A stretch of 63,918 nucleotides of DNA, counting the filler, from Perkinsus olseni (taxonomy: Eukaryota), in assembly GCA_013115125.1 (NCBI GenBank). It is 3 parts of 3 records of this genome, joined end to end, with 100 filler letters (N's around TTAATTAATTAA, not from the genome) between each part and the next. Parts side by side here need not be neighbours in the genome. Positions count along the whole stretch, not along the records: positions 1 to 24,033 come from JABANN010000513.1; 2 more parts are not named here. One strand, 5' to 3'. Shown piece after piece: positions 1 through 12,889 of this stretch (position 1 is its first letter; every line of letters starts with the position of its first letter). The notes beneath the pieces were generated by a model. The model was not told the origin of the DNA. It made no database searches and was given only the letters and a program-made list of their open reading frames with translations. A program made the position numbers and the translations under genes.

Positions 1-205
1 GCGCGTTATTTTAGGGCGAGCGAGAAATTTAGTGACAGTTCTTGAGAATTTAGTGACAGAGCCTGTTTGTTCCAAATTCCCGAAGATAATCGATCGTAAT
101 GGCGAGCGCTAACTTGATTATTACCCGCGCACGCCTCGCGACAGATCAGGAAGAGGTGCAAAGACATTGCGGTTGACTTGCAGGAGTTTGTTGTTATTTG
201 TCTTA

Positions 206-3200
206 ATGCCGCTAGTGACCTTCGGTTCCTCATCACCGATCAGAGGTGGGGTGAACCAGCAGGCCCATCATTGGCGATGGTACGGCGATGCTTCTTTCAC
301 AATCACAGTTTTCCCTCACTCAGGAGTAATGTATTATTGGGGTTTATTCTGGTCATCGGCTTTTGGCTCATGGTGGACTCTGAAGACACGACAGATGGCC
401 ATAGAGACGGCGGCGGCGTTAACTTTGCAGGTAGAAGGGCGCCACCTTCTCCCGTACCACCTTTTCCATTGCTCCTGTTTTCAGCTGCCTTAGACAGCAG
501 TAATGTGGGGAAGGCCAGTTCAATCTACAGAGGTGTCTACACCATGACACCGCTGGACGATGTAGTCTTAACAACACTTGCCGCTTTGCTGTGAAGTTGG
601 TTTCTCAGTCTCCGGCTGCCGAGGGCGTGCCGACCATTGAGGGAGAGGTCAAACTGCATATGATATCTAAAGGCGCTGGGATGAAGATGGTAGTATCCTT
701 CGCGTAGTATCTGGAAACATGGGTCTGCTGCGAGGGACCTTAGGATACGCCTTACGATGGGATACTGTGAAAAATCTTCCCTAGTTCCCAGCTACGCCAT
801 CCGTTGGTTGTAGCAGCTTCCCTATGTTTCTAGCGGCTCTGACGGGTACTTAGCTGGGATTTTATGTATCGATACGCGAAGTGTCTTTTGATAGAATCTT
901 CGATACGAGTATGCTTCCAGCTCTGATTGGCGAGTCATTTTTCAGATGTCCCTGTCTGAAGTGCTCATGCGTTTTGAGCACAACGACGAGTGGCACGAGC
1001 TGCAGCTCTCGCCGGCGATAGGATTTCACAATAACATGCTTGCTATGCACGGACATGGTGATAGTCGGATGCCCGTTGATGGTGATCAGCTTATTGCGGT
1101 TTCCAGGTGCCCAGGAGGAGCTGATACTGTCTGGTCGTTCTGATCTGTCGAGGTTTCGTCTGGCTGGTGTCACTAAGCCCGTCTGCGAGATAGGTCCGGC
1201 GAGGATCACGGTAGTAGTCTTAACTGGGAGGGTAGTTCTGTTGTTTGTGTTTGCTATGAAGAATACTTATGATGCTAGTTTTCGTGGAGCATTTAAGGGA
1301 TATCAGGCTTCTTCTAAGTGGGTATTAGCCACTCGTTAGATGAGCCAGTTCTCGTTACAGTTAGATCGCCAGATGTCATTTTGTAATCATGAAGGAAGGC
1401 CGTCCAACTCTTCTTTTCCGAAGATACGCACACCATCGAGAGATGAGGTGAACAGTGGGGAAGTTATGGTATTGGATGGGAAGAAAGTGGCGGTTGGGAC
1501 CGTCGTTAGTGAGAATTGTGGTTTCAAAATAAGGTAGTAATGGCTGACCTTGCTCTTTTGCACGGAGCAGTGAGGGAGGTCCCCGTACAGGACGCGGGCG
1601 GTGGTGGAATCCTAGGTTGACTACGCTCCATGATAGTCGTGCCCGGGGTGCATGGGGAAGGGCTGAATAGAAACTCAACTTCACTCGTATCTGAATCGGT
1701 CCGTGAGGCTTGGAACTTGAACTAGGAGATGGTCAGCTGGGCGCCTCCCAGAGCCAGCCTTGGGAGCAGCCTTACGGCGCAGTCGATCTCGTAGGGAGCG
1801 TGGATGGACGTCTCTAATCAGCATTGAATTTTTGGCCTGAATTGGGAGCGTTGAATGAGTTTGGGCCTGTCGACTGGGTTTCATTTTGTCGTTTCTCAGC
1901 ATGAACTTGCGTGAAATTGATGTAAAGAAATTGGGCAGGAAGGTCATCAACTACTCAATATTGAACAACGTAAGTTTGCCATGGGGTTACCACCAGTTGG
2001 ATGCTGTTTCTTGTGCGGTCCAGATCATCACCATACTCCAAATACGTTTCTTTCTGCTCCAAATGCAGCACGGGGAGAGCAACAATGGCCACGCTAAGGT
2101 GAGCTGACGACTCTCATAATGCGGTCATGAGTAAATGCCACATGCAAAAATGTGGTTCCTATGCCCGAAATTACACCACTACCCAAAGCGTTATTATTTA
2201 ATTGAAGACTCAAATTGTTATCCTACGAGCTGGGAACAGTCCCGCTATCCAGTGCCCCACCCTTGTTGCTGCTGGTGTCAGGTATCTTTGCTGTGTATCG
2301 GTATCCAAGCCCTCATGGATGCTTATGACTCCTTGATACACCTTTTCTTGGGGCTCTCGGCACAGTAAGGAGGTCGTCGCTTCCTCCTCGCCCGAAGATG
2401 TATTATCTCAGAGATGAAAACGTCTTCGGTCTATAGTGAAATGTCGCTGCATCGCGTCATCTTCTCTGATTCTTTGATTCGGTTTCCAGGTTCATGTTCA
2501 ACACGTTCTCGGTTGTCGCACTGTTCAAGTTCATTCTCTTCAGTATGCTGGAGGTAGTCCTCCTCCTACCACACCAATCGCAACAACCGCTTCTTCTAGG
2601 TACGGTATCTCTTGCTAGTTTGGCGCAGTCGACGACAGAATCAATTCAACGAGGGAGGTATGGATTCCATTCGACGAGAGCTCAGCTGGCTTTACTCTCG
2701 GTTTTACGGTAGTACTCTCCCCTAGCATTTGAGCTTTCGAGTATCCAACGACAGGCACCCTGTTGGTCGGAATGGTGATCCTGTACAACTTCTACCAGTA
2801 CTTGAATGTCCTCATCATCATCATGCAATGCTATTGGGTGAGTAGCGATATTACATCTTCGAGTATCTTATCATCCGTGACATGACGGCAGGTGCCACAG
2901 ATCGTCTACGACATAGTAAGAGGGCATAAAAAGCCTCTGTCGTGGCGGTTTATCGTTGGGATATCTGTGACGAGGATGATAGTACCGTTGTATGCTCTGG
3001 CCTGTCCCTTCACCATATTCAATAATGAGGTAATAGAGGGTATCTAGGGAGGTTTCTCGCAAAGGAACGTGCTTAGACTGTTCAACTCACACAGCGAAAT
3101 CTCCGGCCGCTCTGGTCGGTAACATCGCCGTGAGGTTAGAATCGGTCGCTCTGATCAGCGACCATATACCGTTAATTCCGGATGTTGTAAGTGTGGACTC

Positions 3201-4001
3201 TCTTCTGCGGAATGCACGTCTCGGAGTCGTAGCGTTCACAGTTGAAAAATAAGGATCAATAAAATTTTAGTTTTTCGTTCGAGCTCTTAAATCCGAGGGG
3301 TCGCCTTCATACACAATGACTCTAGAAGCAGCGTAGAAGACTCAGGGTCCACGGGACTAGAACTCGAGGGATGAAAATGAAGTCCACGGGTTGGTCGCTT
3401 CTTCCTACAGGGAGCTGGTAGAATATCAAATTTCAGTCTCTTAGTGTAGAATCATCGACATTATCTTCCCGTGTAGGTGTATCCAGCATTACCATCAGCG
3501 CCCAACTCTGCTGAGGCCACACTCATAGTGTGCCTACAAGTGGCACAAGTTGCTGTCATGTGGGCTCAGGCTAAGTTCGGCCCGAGGTCTTTCGTAAGTG
3601 GCAGGAAGGAAATCTCCTCGTCACTTGGTTTGTTGAGAAGGTGCCATGGATCTGCCTTCCCCACGTCTACAACTACTACAGAGCGGTACCTGCTGTTCAA
3701 GACGAGGAGCTGGGAGCACCGGAATGCGTAATAGGGGATTTGAATTTCGTGGCGCGTGAAGTAGCAAAATGTCATCTTCAGGTTATCTGCATGAACGACA
3801 TTGATCTTTCCGAGACCCACGACCCGGAGTCACGGCCGGTCATCACTCCATGCGACCACGTGTTCCATGCGGGCTGTCTCGAGCAGTGGATGGACGTGAG
3901 CTCCTTGCGCTCTGCCGGTGTTGTTTCAGTCGAAGTTCGTGCGAGTTCAGGTCAAAATGGAGTGCCCGACGTGCCGTGGCGAGCTGCCAGCTATGACGTG
4001 A
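206..4001 (+). CDS. TUL1: Multi-pass membrane RING-H2 E3 ubiquitin ligase, TUL1/FLY1/Dsc1 family (many introns)
   Basis: Spliced translation gives a TM region (KVINYSILNN...AKVSLLCIGIQALMDAY...CYWVPQIVYD...FGPRSFVPWICLPHVYNYY) and a C-terminal RING-H2 (CVICMNDI...TPCDHVFHAGCLEQWMDVKMECPTCR). Stop at 3999-4001; ATG at 206 inferred from an in-frame splice. Confidence 0.85.
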
Positions 4002-4556
4002 TGAAGGCAAGAAGCTGTTCTGTAACTAAAATGTTGTTTTTTGTACCTCCGAGAAGACCGCTATTTTCGTCCAAGTCGCATCCCTGTGCTGTTAAGCCCC
4101 TCCGCGATTCACAAGTCTTCTGCTGCTGCCCTTACTCGTTACTCTCCTCTTCACTGGCCGTGTTACTGCCGAGTCTAGTCTCCGACATATCACGACATAA
4201 TCCCTTCGGTGCCGAGGTGTAAGATGGGAGATTTTGATAGAAAAAAGGGAAAAACTCTGTGGAGCCCCTCCCTCCTGTACAGTACCATTGCTAATAACGA
4301 GACCTCGTTAACTGTTCCATTCCTTCATTCCATTCCTTCCTTCGCAGCGTGGCTTGGGTTTAGTTGGTCATTTGGGAAGCATTCGGGCTGAGCGACTTCA
4401 TCATAAAGATAAGTACCCTTCCACAGGGGGCCACTTATCGTCTCTAGTAATCTACTCAGATTAGTGGATATCATTCTGGCTCAGCGAGGGTCGCCTGGAT
4501 GTCTACTAGGCTCCGCTGTGCAGTTAATTGTTATGTGTCTCTCCCCCGGACCAAGC

Positions 4557-6042
4557 ATGAACAGCGCTGGCAGACGACTACGAACGCTCATGCGTTCGCA
4601 GTGTGTTCAGCTACCCGGGGCCTTCAACGGCCTCGTTGCAAGGTGAGCTCATACCAAGACTCGATTGCCTCTCTCTGCTCTCAAAAGTTGGATTTTGGTG
4701 GTTGTAGGATGCTGCCGGTGAATGGTTTTCTTGGTGGTTATGTGTCGGGAGGGGCTCTATCGGCAGCGAGCGGTGTGCCGGATATTGGCCTGCTTACTTT
4801 GGACCAGTTCACGGCAAAAGTCCAGGAGGTGTGGCGACACTACTAGTGGACAGTTGGAGTCGTGTGAGGGAGTTTTGAAGACACACGGAGATTTCTTTTG
4901 CAGAGCTGCCCTCCTTTTTTGTCTCTGTGGGCGTCCGCTCAAATGAGCCCTCGAGAAGGACATAGATCGAGGGGCTTCCCCGCGCATCTTCTCTCGGCTC
5001 CCCAACTCCGAGTGCCTTTAGGTTGTAACGTTCTCCGGCGGTTTGCCTTTTATCTGCGACGCTGATACCGGTTTCGGTTCAGAAGAGATGGTATCGAAGA
5101 CAGTGAGGGAGTACATAGCAGCGGGAGCTGCGGGCCTCCATATCGAGGATCAGGAGTTCCCTAAGAGATGTGGCCACCTGGTAGCGGGCACCATACCGCT
5201 GGCCTCGGACTTGAGGATCTTTCAGGAAGGCAAGACGCTGGTTTCAACAGAAGAGATGGTTGGAAAGGTGCAACGCGCTCGGGCAGCCGCTGATGCTGCT
5301 TACAACGGAGAGCGAGGCCACTTCATCGTGTGTGCCCGTAAGAAATTGCCCTAGAGGTTGCACGGTGCAACTTGCGCATCAATGAGTGTGAAGGTACTGA
5401 CGCGTACAGCACGCACGGCATGGAGGAGGCCATCAGTCGGGCAAAGAAGGTGGGAAGGGACGGGCGTCGTTGCAACAACGTCTTATTCTCCCTGTAGTAT
5501 GTCGAGGCTGGTGCGGATATGATATTCCCGGAGGGACTGGCGACTGTCGAGGATTTTCGAACGTAATTAGGGAAGCTCTGAGGCTACGCCGGACCTCCAC
5601 CTTCAGTGGAGGTCCCCTTGGTATTAGGGGCTCAGGTTCGCTGACGAGATGCAGAAGCTCGGCCCGATGGACTTGGCTCCTCGGGGCGGTCCCTTTCTCT
5701 TGGCGAACATGACGGAGTTTGGCAAGACGGAGTCGATCAAGCTAGAAGACTTCGCAGCGGCTGGGTAGAGTTGGTGGAGGAGTGGTACTGTTTTCATGAC
5801 GCTGTTGGTAGATACGATTGTGTCATCTATCCGGTGTCGACACTACGGTGCGCTATGAAGGCAGCAGACGAGTGCTTGAGGCACTTGAAGGAAGAGCAGG
5901 GCTTGAAGGGGCAGGAGGACAAGATGCAAACCAGGACACAACTGTACGATCTTCTCAAGTACGTAGTCTGTCGCCTGCTGCCGATGTTATCGATTTTGAC
6001 AGATACAAGCCCGGCACGGAATGGACTTACCCGAACGCATGA
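4557..6042 (+). CDS. prpB: 2-methylisocitrate lyase (ICL/PEP mutase superfamily)
   Basis: LPGAFNGLVAR, DADTGFG, GLHIEDQEFPKRCGHL (KRCGH motif), ARTDA, GADMIFPEGL and LANMTEFGKT are spread over short exons. Confidence 0.92.
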
Positions 6043-6345
6043 GGGTTTTTTTTTCTGAGTTTTTCAATTTTGTTACAGCATTGCGAGAGTGTCTGTGTTG
6101 GAGTGAGGTAGCGGGCATGGTGAGGACACCCGACCTTCAGTGCAAAACAGGGCGACGGATTTTTGGAGTGATGAAACCCTAGAGGTCGAGCATCCGAAGT
6201 GAAAGCCTTGGTCACGAAAAACGTCGATCAACGCGCGTGGCATCTCAGGATGTATCCACAGGGATGCTTCCCGTATTCCCTGCATACCTCCCCTAAGGGG
6301 AGTCCCCTTGCCAAGTTGAACACTACTCGCCCCTATTGCCGTTGC

Positions 6346-7139
6346 ATGGAAGATCCAACGTGGCCTCGAGAAGGGCTCTATGCGGCTGCCTCAAGACTGC
6401 CGCAGTGTGGCCTGGGTCTGTTCACAGCAGTCAGGAGGAGTACCGGAGAGGAAATCTGCTCCTACCACGGTAATCACCCAGCAGTGCTAGCACTACCATT
6501 CATGCTAGTCAGGTAGGGTACTGCACGGTAATCCCCCGAAAGACGCCGACCGGACGTATCTTATGAGACTGGCAGCTTCGGTGTAGGGTGGGGTTGTTGT
6601 AACCAATGACGTTGTTAGGGAAGAGAGTCTTACTTTCTGTATATAACTAATGCGAAGGATAATGGGCTATGATAATCAATGCATAGCAGTACGAGAGATC
6701 TTATCGACTCTCTATAACAGGGGTAACCTCAGCGGCTGTTATTCTTCGTCGCCGTCGTGCTCGGTTGCTCGGTGGGCGTTGGGTAAGGTCGAAGGACAAC
6801 CGTGTCTGTGCATTGACGAGGTGTCTCCCTCCCACGGCGAAGCACGTCCCTCTCCCTCCCGCAGTTACATCGATGCTGCGGAAGATCTATCCGCTCCTGG
6901 ACGGTACATAAACGATTGTAGAAATAGTAATCGTCATAACGTTCGGTTTGACAAGAGACCGCAGGAGGGCCGCGCTGTTGTTATTGCAACACGCGAGATT
7001 AATGAAGGTAAAGAGGACGGTGGTGGAGGGCGGCAGGAGTGTCTTAGCAGGCTGCGAGCTGTTCGCGGATTATGGTCTGCTGTATTGGGCGGGATGGAGG
7101 TTGATGCATCCTGGCCTGAGGCCTGCTAAACTATCATGA
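6346..7139 (+). CDS. Small SET-domain protein (lysine methyltransferase-like)
   Basis: SET motifs GLGLFT...GEEICSYHG, YIDA...GRYINDC and ATREINEG-ELFADYG..YW. Confidence 0.85.
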
Positions 7140-7469
7140 TATTTTCAACTTCCATTGGTGTTGCGCTGAAAGTTCCGACTTGGAGCCGTCGGCCGTTGGT
7201 GTGGAGGCGCATCAAGCCTTAGGCCCCTCCTGATGGTCCGAGCTTATGATGTTGACGACCTCAACGATCTGCGTTTATCTAACGCCGTCGGAGTGAGCCG
7301 TGGGCCCGTGGCTGCGCACTCACGTTGTAACGACACCTGCGCTGTCATCCTTGGGGACCTATGGACGGGCTCGCGCGACAGTCGATGACTCTTGACAGCC
7401 CCTAGCCGTGCTAACCCCACAACCACATTCTCCGTCAATCTGCAACTCAACTCCATAAACCAATGTACT

Positions 7470-8491
7470 TCAACTACGTGAATGGTGATGATGATGACGA
7501 TGAGACTTGTGGGAAGTTTTCCTCTTCTTTCTATCCTTCTCCCTCCGCCGGTCTCTCGACCGAGACCTCGATCGACCTGACCAGAACACACTCCTAGTTG
7601 TTATTAGATTATCATTTCTACTGTCATCTCGCCGTCTATGGTGATGATGATGGCGTCCCTTTTTCCTTTTCTCATCCTCACTGTCATCAGATTCATCATC
7701 ACTCGAACCCTCCTCATCCACCCTCAGCGGCGGTTGAGGCGCCACCGGCAGCGACGGTAGGCTCTTCTTCGGGTAGGGGTCGTCCAGGTCGTCAATATCG
7801 ATCAGATTCATGCACTGCTTCGCCAGATGCCCAACTGAACAGAATGCCCTCGACCGAACTCCATATCAGACGGTCACAATTTGTGACTCACAAATCCTTC
7901 ATCTCACTGAGTATGACAACCTCGCTTAGTATTAGGTATCATGATTATGATTTTAGGCTCGCCATGAAATAATGAAACGGTGATCGAATCGTATGTACTA
8001 GTACATGTTTGTGTTGGTTCAAGGGCGTAATATCACAGTTTTTCGATTTAACCAGATGGATTTGTGCGCACAATAAATTTATAAAGTTACATACCATGAA
8101 GACACCTCTCCCGACCCCCTCACCCTGTCCACAGTGTTTGCAAGCCCCGGGAGTGTACCCAGGTTGATGCCCCCCACGCCCTTCCATCTGTGACGCCGCT
8201 AGTTGGAACAACGACCTACCGATAGGGTCAACCAACAGCCGCTGAGTCCACTACTACCTGGCCTGAGCGTTGTAATCATCACCATGCTTTAGGTCCTCCT
8301 CCCGACTCAACTCCTTCCGCTTCTCCTCCTCGGACGCATGGGGGTCGTATTTGATGGTGTGTTTCTAAGCAGCATCAACAACATCAGCCGCCCCGTCCCT
8401 CCCCCGTCCAACTCACCCAAATGCCGTGGGTCTGCAGCGTAGCGCTGGTCGACATGTAGTTGTTCGCGGGCATGCGAACTCGGGCTGGCAT
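7470..8491 (-). CDS. CXIP4: CAX-interacting protein 4-like zinc-knuckle, Arg/Ser/His-rich nuclear protein
   Basis: N-terminus MPARVRMPANNYMSTSATLQTHGIW matches the CXIP4 signature; GACKHCGQ|VGHLAKQC knuckle; low-complexity charged tail. Confidence 0.85.
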
Positions 8492-8634
8492 TTTTCAGGA
8501 CGGGCAAAAAGGCACCTACGGTCGTTCCTCGCCCGGTCGAATCAACTCGGCACCGATCGATTGGGTATTTGCTTTTACGTGATCTACCCTCTACCAAAAA
8601 GAGTCGTAAAATCGCGTCGCTCCGCTAGAAACTT

Positions 8635-10043
8635 TTAAAGATTCATCCCGCCACCATAATTTATCTTAGCATTCGAGAAGTCCATCTCTGGATGAGCCTT
8701 CTTGAACTTCTCTAGCAAGTCCGCCTGCTTCTGCTGGTCGCTCGTCGGCAACCCCATCTGCTTCCTCTGCTGGTCGTACCTGAACGGCCTCTTTCTGACA
8801 CCTCTAGCTGCGAATAATTCCCTCACATCATTTTCTCCACAGTGGATCTGGTCTCTCCATCAAGATCGCTCAACTTCGAGTTTTCCGGTACGATTTTTTT
8901 GGTATCAATCTCGGCATCTCCCTTCACTACGCAGGGCCACCACCGCATGCCGTCGAACTTGTCCAGGGACAACTGATGGACGAAAGAAAATCACCGTCAA
9001 CAAGAGCGAGCGTCCCTCCCTACATGAATCGTCTTGTTGTCCTCGAGCGTCCACATTGAGTCATCAGGTTTGATGCGAGCGTTCCATTCGCCCTTCAGTA
9101 TCTCACCATCAGCATCAGTCGCTACTTTAACCTGTCCGAGAGCGGTACGACGCTAGACCCGCAACAGAAGAGAACCTTATCAGCTCCCAAATTGATCTTA
9201 ACATTCCTCGCTCGAGTGCCGGGCTTGACGGGGATGTAGACCTCTACTGCCTGAAGGGAGTAGTCCGGAGGGCTGCCCTAGACGCCACCACACCTACGCT
9301 GAGGGTCTGCGTCCAGGTGTACTTATCGGTGCTGCCACCATTGCCCGGGGGAGGAGGGACGTCCTCGTCCACGGTGTTGTCATCATCAGTGTTCTCCTTC
9401 TCAGCTTCAACCTTCGCTTCCTGAGCCACCCTGCATCTGCGAACCCCCTCCCTCCCACCAGCTGACCTTCATCTCCTCGTCTGTCTGTTTGTCTCCTTCC
9501 TCCTCCTCCTCCTCCTCCTCCTCCTCCTCCGTGATCTACCCGAACACGACCATCCCCCCCAAAACCTCCCCCCAGCCATCACCACCTCAACTATCTTCGG
9601 CTCCTCCTCCTTCTCCTGCTGCTGCTGCTGCTGCTGCTGACGCTTCCTAGCCTCGTAGGCCTCCATGTCCGCCTTCCTCTGGGCCTCCGCCCGTGCCTTC
9701 CGCTCCTCGTCCGCCCGCCTGCAATGGATCGCTACCGACCAGCGCCCGAGAGTTGCGCTACTTGTTCTTCTCAGCATCGACCTCCTTTCGTTGCATAGCA
9801 CGCTGATAATACTTATCGAAGCTCTTGTTGACCATCTCGCGAGCCGCACCAGCGCTGGCCTCCCCTAAGACATCGATACATCCTCTCCGACCCCTCAGGA
9901 GCTGTCCTCCAACTACCCGTCATAAAGTCCGTCTTCCTCTCCAGGAAACTAAAGAATGAGTCGAGCAGCGGCTCGATCGCTCCAACCTGCTGGGCGACCG
10001 ACAGATAAACGCCGTCAAAGCGACTGAGGTCTTCCGAGGACAT
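8635..10043 (-). CDS. NUDC: Nuclear migration protein NudC (CS/p23 domain co-chaperone)
   Basis: [49 protein letters not shown]-terminal [29 protein letters not shown]. Confidence 0.93.
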
Positions 10044-10151
10044 GATACCCAAACAATAATGACTGCCAGGGGGCGTCTTCCGTATACCTCAACTCAACAA
10101 TCGACTGTGGATGAGCAGAAACACACAAAGTTCGAGACGAAGCATGCGTCA

Positions 10152-11758
10152 TCAAAGGCCGACTCCGATGAATCGGAAATCTTGGACGACCAAGCCGAGT
10201 TTCCGCAGCCTCTCTCCTGATCATGGAAATAATTAAACATGAATCGCTTCGCTCCGCCTACCAACGGTCTCAGCCTTCGTGCCACCCTCCTGTGCTGCCG
10301 AGGGGGGTAGGAGGATCTCCATCTCGTAGAGGGTATCTTCAGCTCGCATCTTGGCCATCTTACCTGCGCGCACTCGAAAGAATATCTTTTCCCTTCCGAG
10401 CTCGTACTCTACCATCGAGAATCTTATCCATAACTTTTTCCGGCAGTTCCTTCCCTTCACTGGACGCCAGATGAGCTGCCCTCCCAATCTGCCGCTCCGC
10501 CTCGACCACATCTACAGCAGACCCACCCTACCACTCCCCCCTTGGCCTGCCCTCCTACCCTCAGGGACGTCCTCTGTCTTGATGTACCTCGGCCGCTTGG
10601 CCACTACTTGCATGGCCAGGACTTTGCCGATAAACGCCACAGTATCATCGTCGAGAGGGGCGCTCTCCTAGAGGACGACGCCCGATAGGAGAGGCCGTTG
10701 TTCATGACAACTTACCCCGCTCCGCCCGATGAGTACGAGGCTCGCCAGCTTGCCGACATCTCGCGACTGCAGCGAGTTAACGGCCGAATGGACGTAGTGG
10801 AAAATCCGGGCGTCAGAGCCACCTTCAGAAGGCGCGCGTTCGACCAGTCATTCCGAGGTCGTCCCCTACCAGTCTGCCCGTCCATAGTGGCTATCCGTCG
10901 AACACCAATGTTCTCCCCGAGGACTGAGCTGATCTCTAGCAGGGCGTCGCTAACCTTCAAACTCTGCAACTCCTGCTGCTGCTCGGGGCCATCCTCAGAG
11001 GCAGGGACGTCGCACTTGACCGGCCTGGTGATGCCCACGATGCTCTTCTACCATACGAAGAGGCTCTCACCCTCTGAGGTGTCCATCCGATAGGAGAGTC
11101 TCTACCTCCCCACTACGAAGGTGGGGCACCTCGGCAACCAGCCCGGCCAGGGTGTGGGCAAACCGAACGAGGAGAGGGGTCCGACCGACAAAGTCTGTCT
11201 CGCATGACATCTGAAAAGGGACGATCCCAACCAGCCCCCCTCGGCCGCCCTACTACCTCAACCAGGGCCCCGTAGTGACCACTCACAGCAGCAGCGACCA
11301 CTCCCTCTGCGGCCTGATCAAGGACGACTAGGGCTGTATCCGAGAGGAGCTAGGGCCATACTCGACGGAAGGTCTTCTCGCTGGCCGACTGTATCCCCCT
11401 CTTCTTCAGCCACGTCATGGCCCTATCGATGTCGCCACCTGAGGCCCAACCCCCACCGTCGCTGCGCGCCAACCCTACGCCCTACCCTCATCCACCAGAG
11501 CATCTCGGCACTTGCTGATGGAGGCTCCGGTACGCTTCCGGAGCTCTTGCACCTACCCACAGACGCTCAGGACGACTACGCCCGCCAACACGGGCGCCCA
11601 GGCTGCAGAGGAACCCCCGCCAACCAGACCACTACCAAGGCCATGTTGGGCTTATATGCTTGCCCAGCAGCCCCGACAGAGAAGGTTCGTCGGCCGAGTC
11701 CCGAAAGCTTTGATGACAGCACAGCTGGGGAGAAGCTGATGACTTTTGTCGAGAGCAT
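10152..11758 (-). CDS. tsf: Mitochondrial elongation factor Ts
   Basis: Transit-peptide-like N-terminus, then VQELRKRTGASISKCRDAL..GDIDRAMTWLKKRG..AAEGVVAAAV; later LAMQVVAKRPRYI and RVRAGKMAK. Confidence 0.8.
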
Positions 11759-11885
11759 TGAAGGAGAGATAGAGCTAACGATGAATGCAGGAAGGAGGCC
11801 TGGACGCAAGATGATTAGAATGATGACAAAATGCAAACTATGATTGAGAACTTGATTAGTAACTTTCAATCATGATGATGATAGC

Positions 11886-12781
11886 TCATCCCGGCGAGGC
11901 AAGAGCTTCCAAGGACCCCTCCTCAACTGCCTCCGCCCTCCGCTTCCTCCGCCTCTTTTTATTGGTATGTTCATCATCGACCGCTGCGTCAGAGCTAAGT
12001 ACCGTGCAAACCCTATCGTACCACCGATATCTGCAGGAAACCATCAGGAACCTACATTCAGAACCTTCCTACATCTCCTGGTCCTCGGCAGTCGGCGAGG
12101 GCATGGCGCTCGGCTCCAGTAGGGACGACAATTTAGGTGCCTTCGCTACCAACTCTCGAGGGCGCAGACTTCCCAACTCCAGCTGACGAAGGGCCAATCT
12201 CCCTGTACGACCAACAAGAGGCAATACCGTCACTGCGCCACGAAATTACCTAATCGTATGATCTTCCGCCTGGCCACCGCCTCCTTCTCCTTCTGCCTCT
12301 CGGCCCTTCTATTCGCCTTGGCCGCCTGCTTGCCCTCATACCATCGCAGTACCTCACCCTCATTACACGGGTCGGCTATGTCTGAACACCAACCTCAGGG
12401 GAGAGGTACATCCCCCCCATGACGGAGTACTCACCATCAGGCAGGCTACTCAGCCTCCACAAGGCTCTCTTTGCCTTAGCCAGTACTGGGTCGAGGGAGG
12501 CTTCATCGTTATCGAGCATCCGACGTGACGTATACTTTTTCCGTACCACTCCTTTCGTAACCTCCATCTGCTGCGCTGTAGTCGGTGGCAGTAGTAGAGT
12601 CGCACATGAGCCATCAAGTCCCGCTCCCAGAGTGGTCTGAGATAGCCTTGACTCCTGGACAGCCCATCGAGCCAGTCTGGTCCGCTACCTGTCCGTTCAC
12701 GTTCGCAGCACAAGCTGAGAATCTTCTGATTATTACGGGCGTGATTGTGGGAGCTAGAGGTGTCAGAAAAGGCCTCAACAT
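11886..12781 (-). CDS. Hypothetical basic protein with a possible mitochondrial targeting peptide
   Basis: In-frame exon chain from MLRPFLTPLAPTITPVIIRRFS through GT-AG introns to a Lys/Arg-rich tail; no recognised domain. Confidence 0.4.
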
Positions 12782-12889
12782 GTCCTGACCCCCAACCCCA
12801 TTGAGTATTTCCAACCGCAACTCTCAGCATACAACGTAGAAACTCGATAAAGATACGACAGACACTCAAGGACGACACAGAAGGATCCC

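Noticed and set aside
9499-9638. (CCT)n and (CTG)n microsatellites
   Set aside because: Ordinary poly-Glu and poly-Gln coding tracts in NudC.
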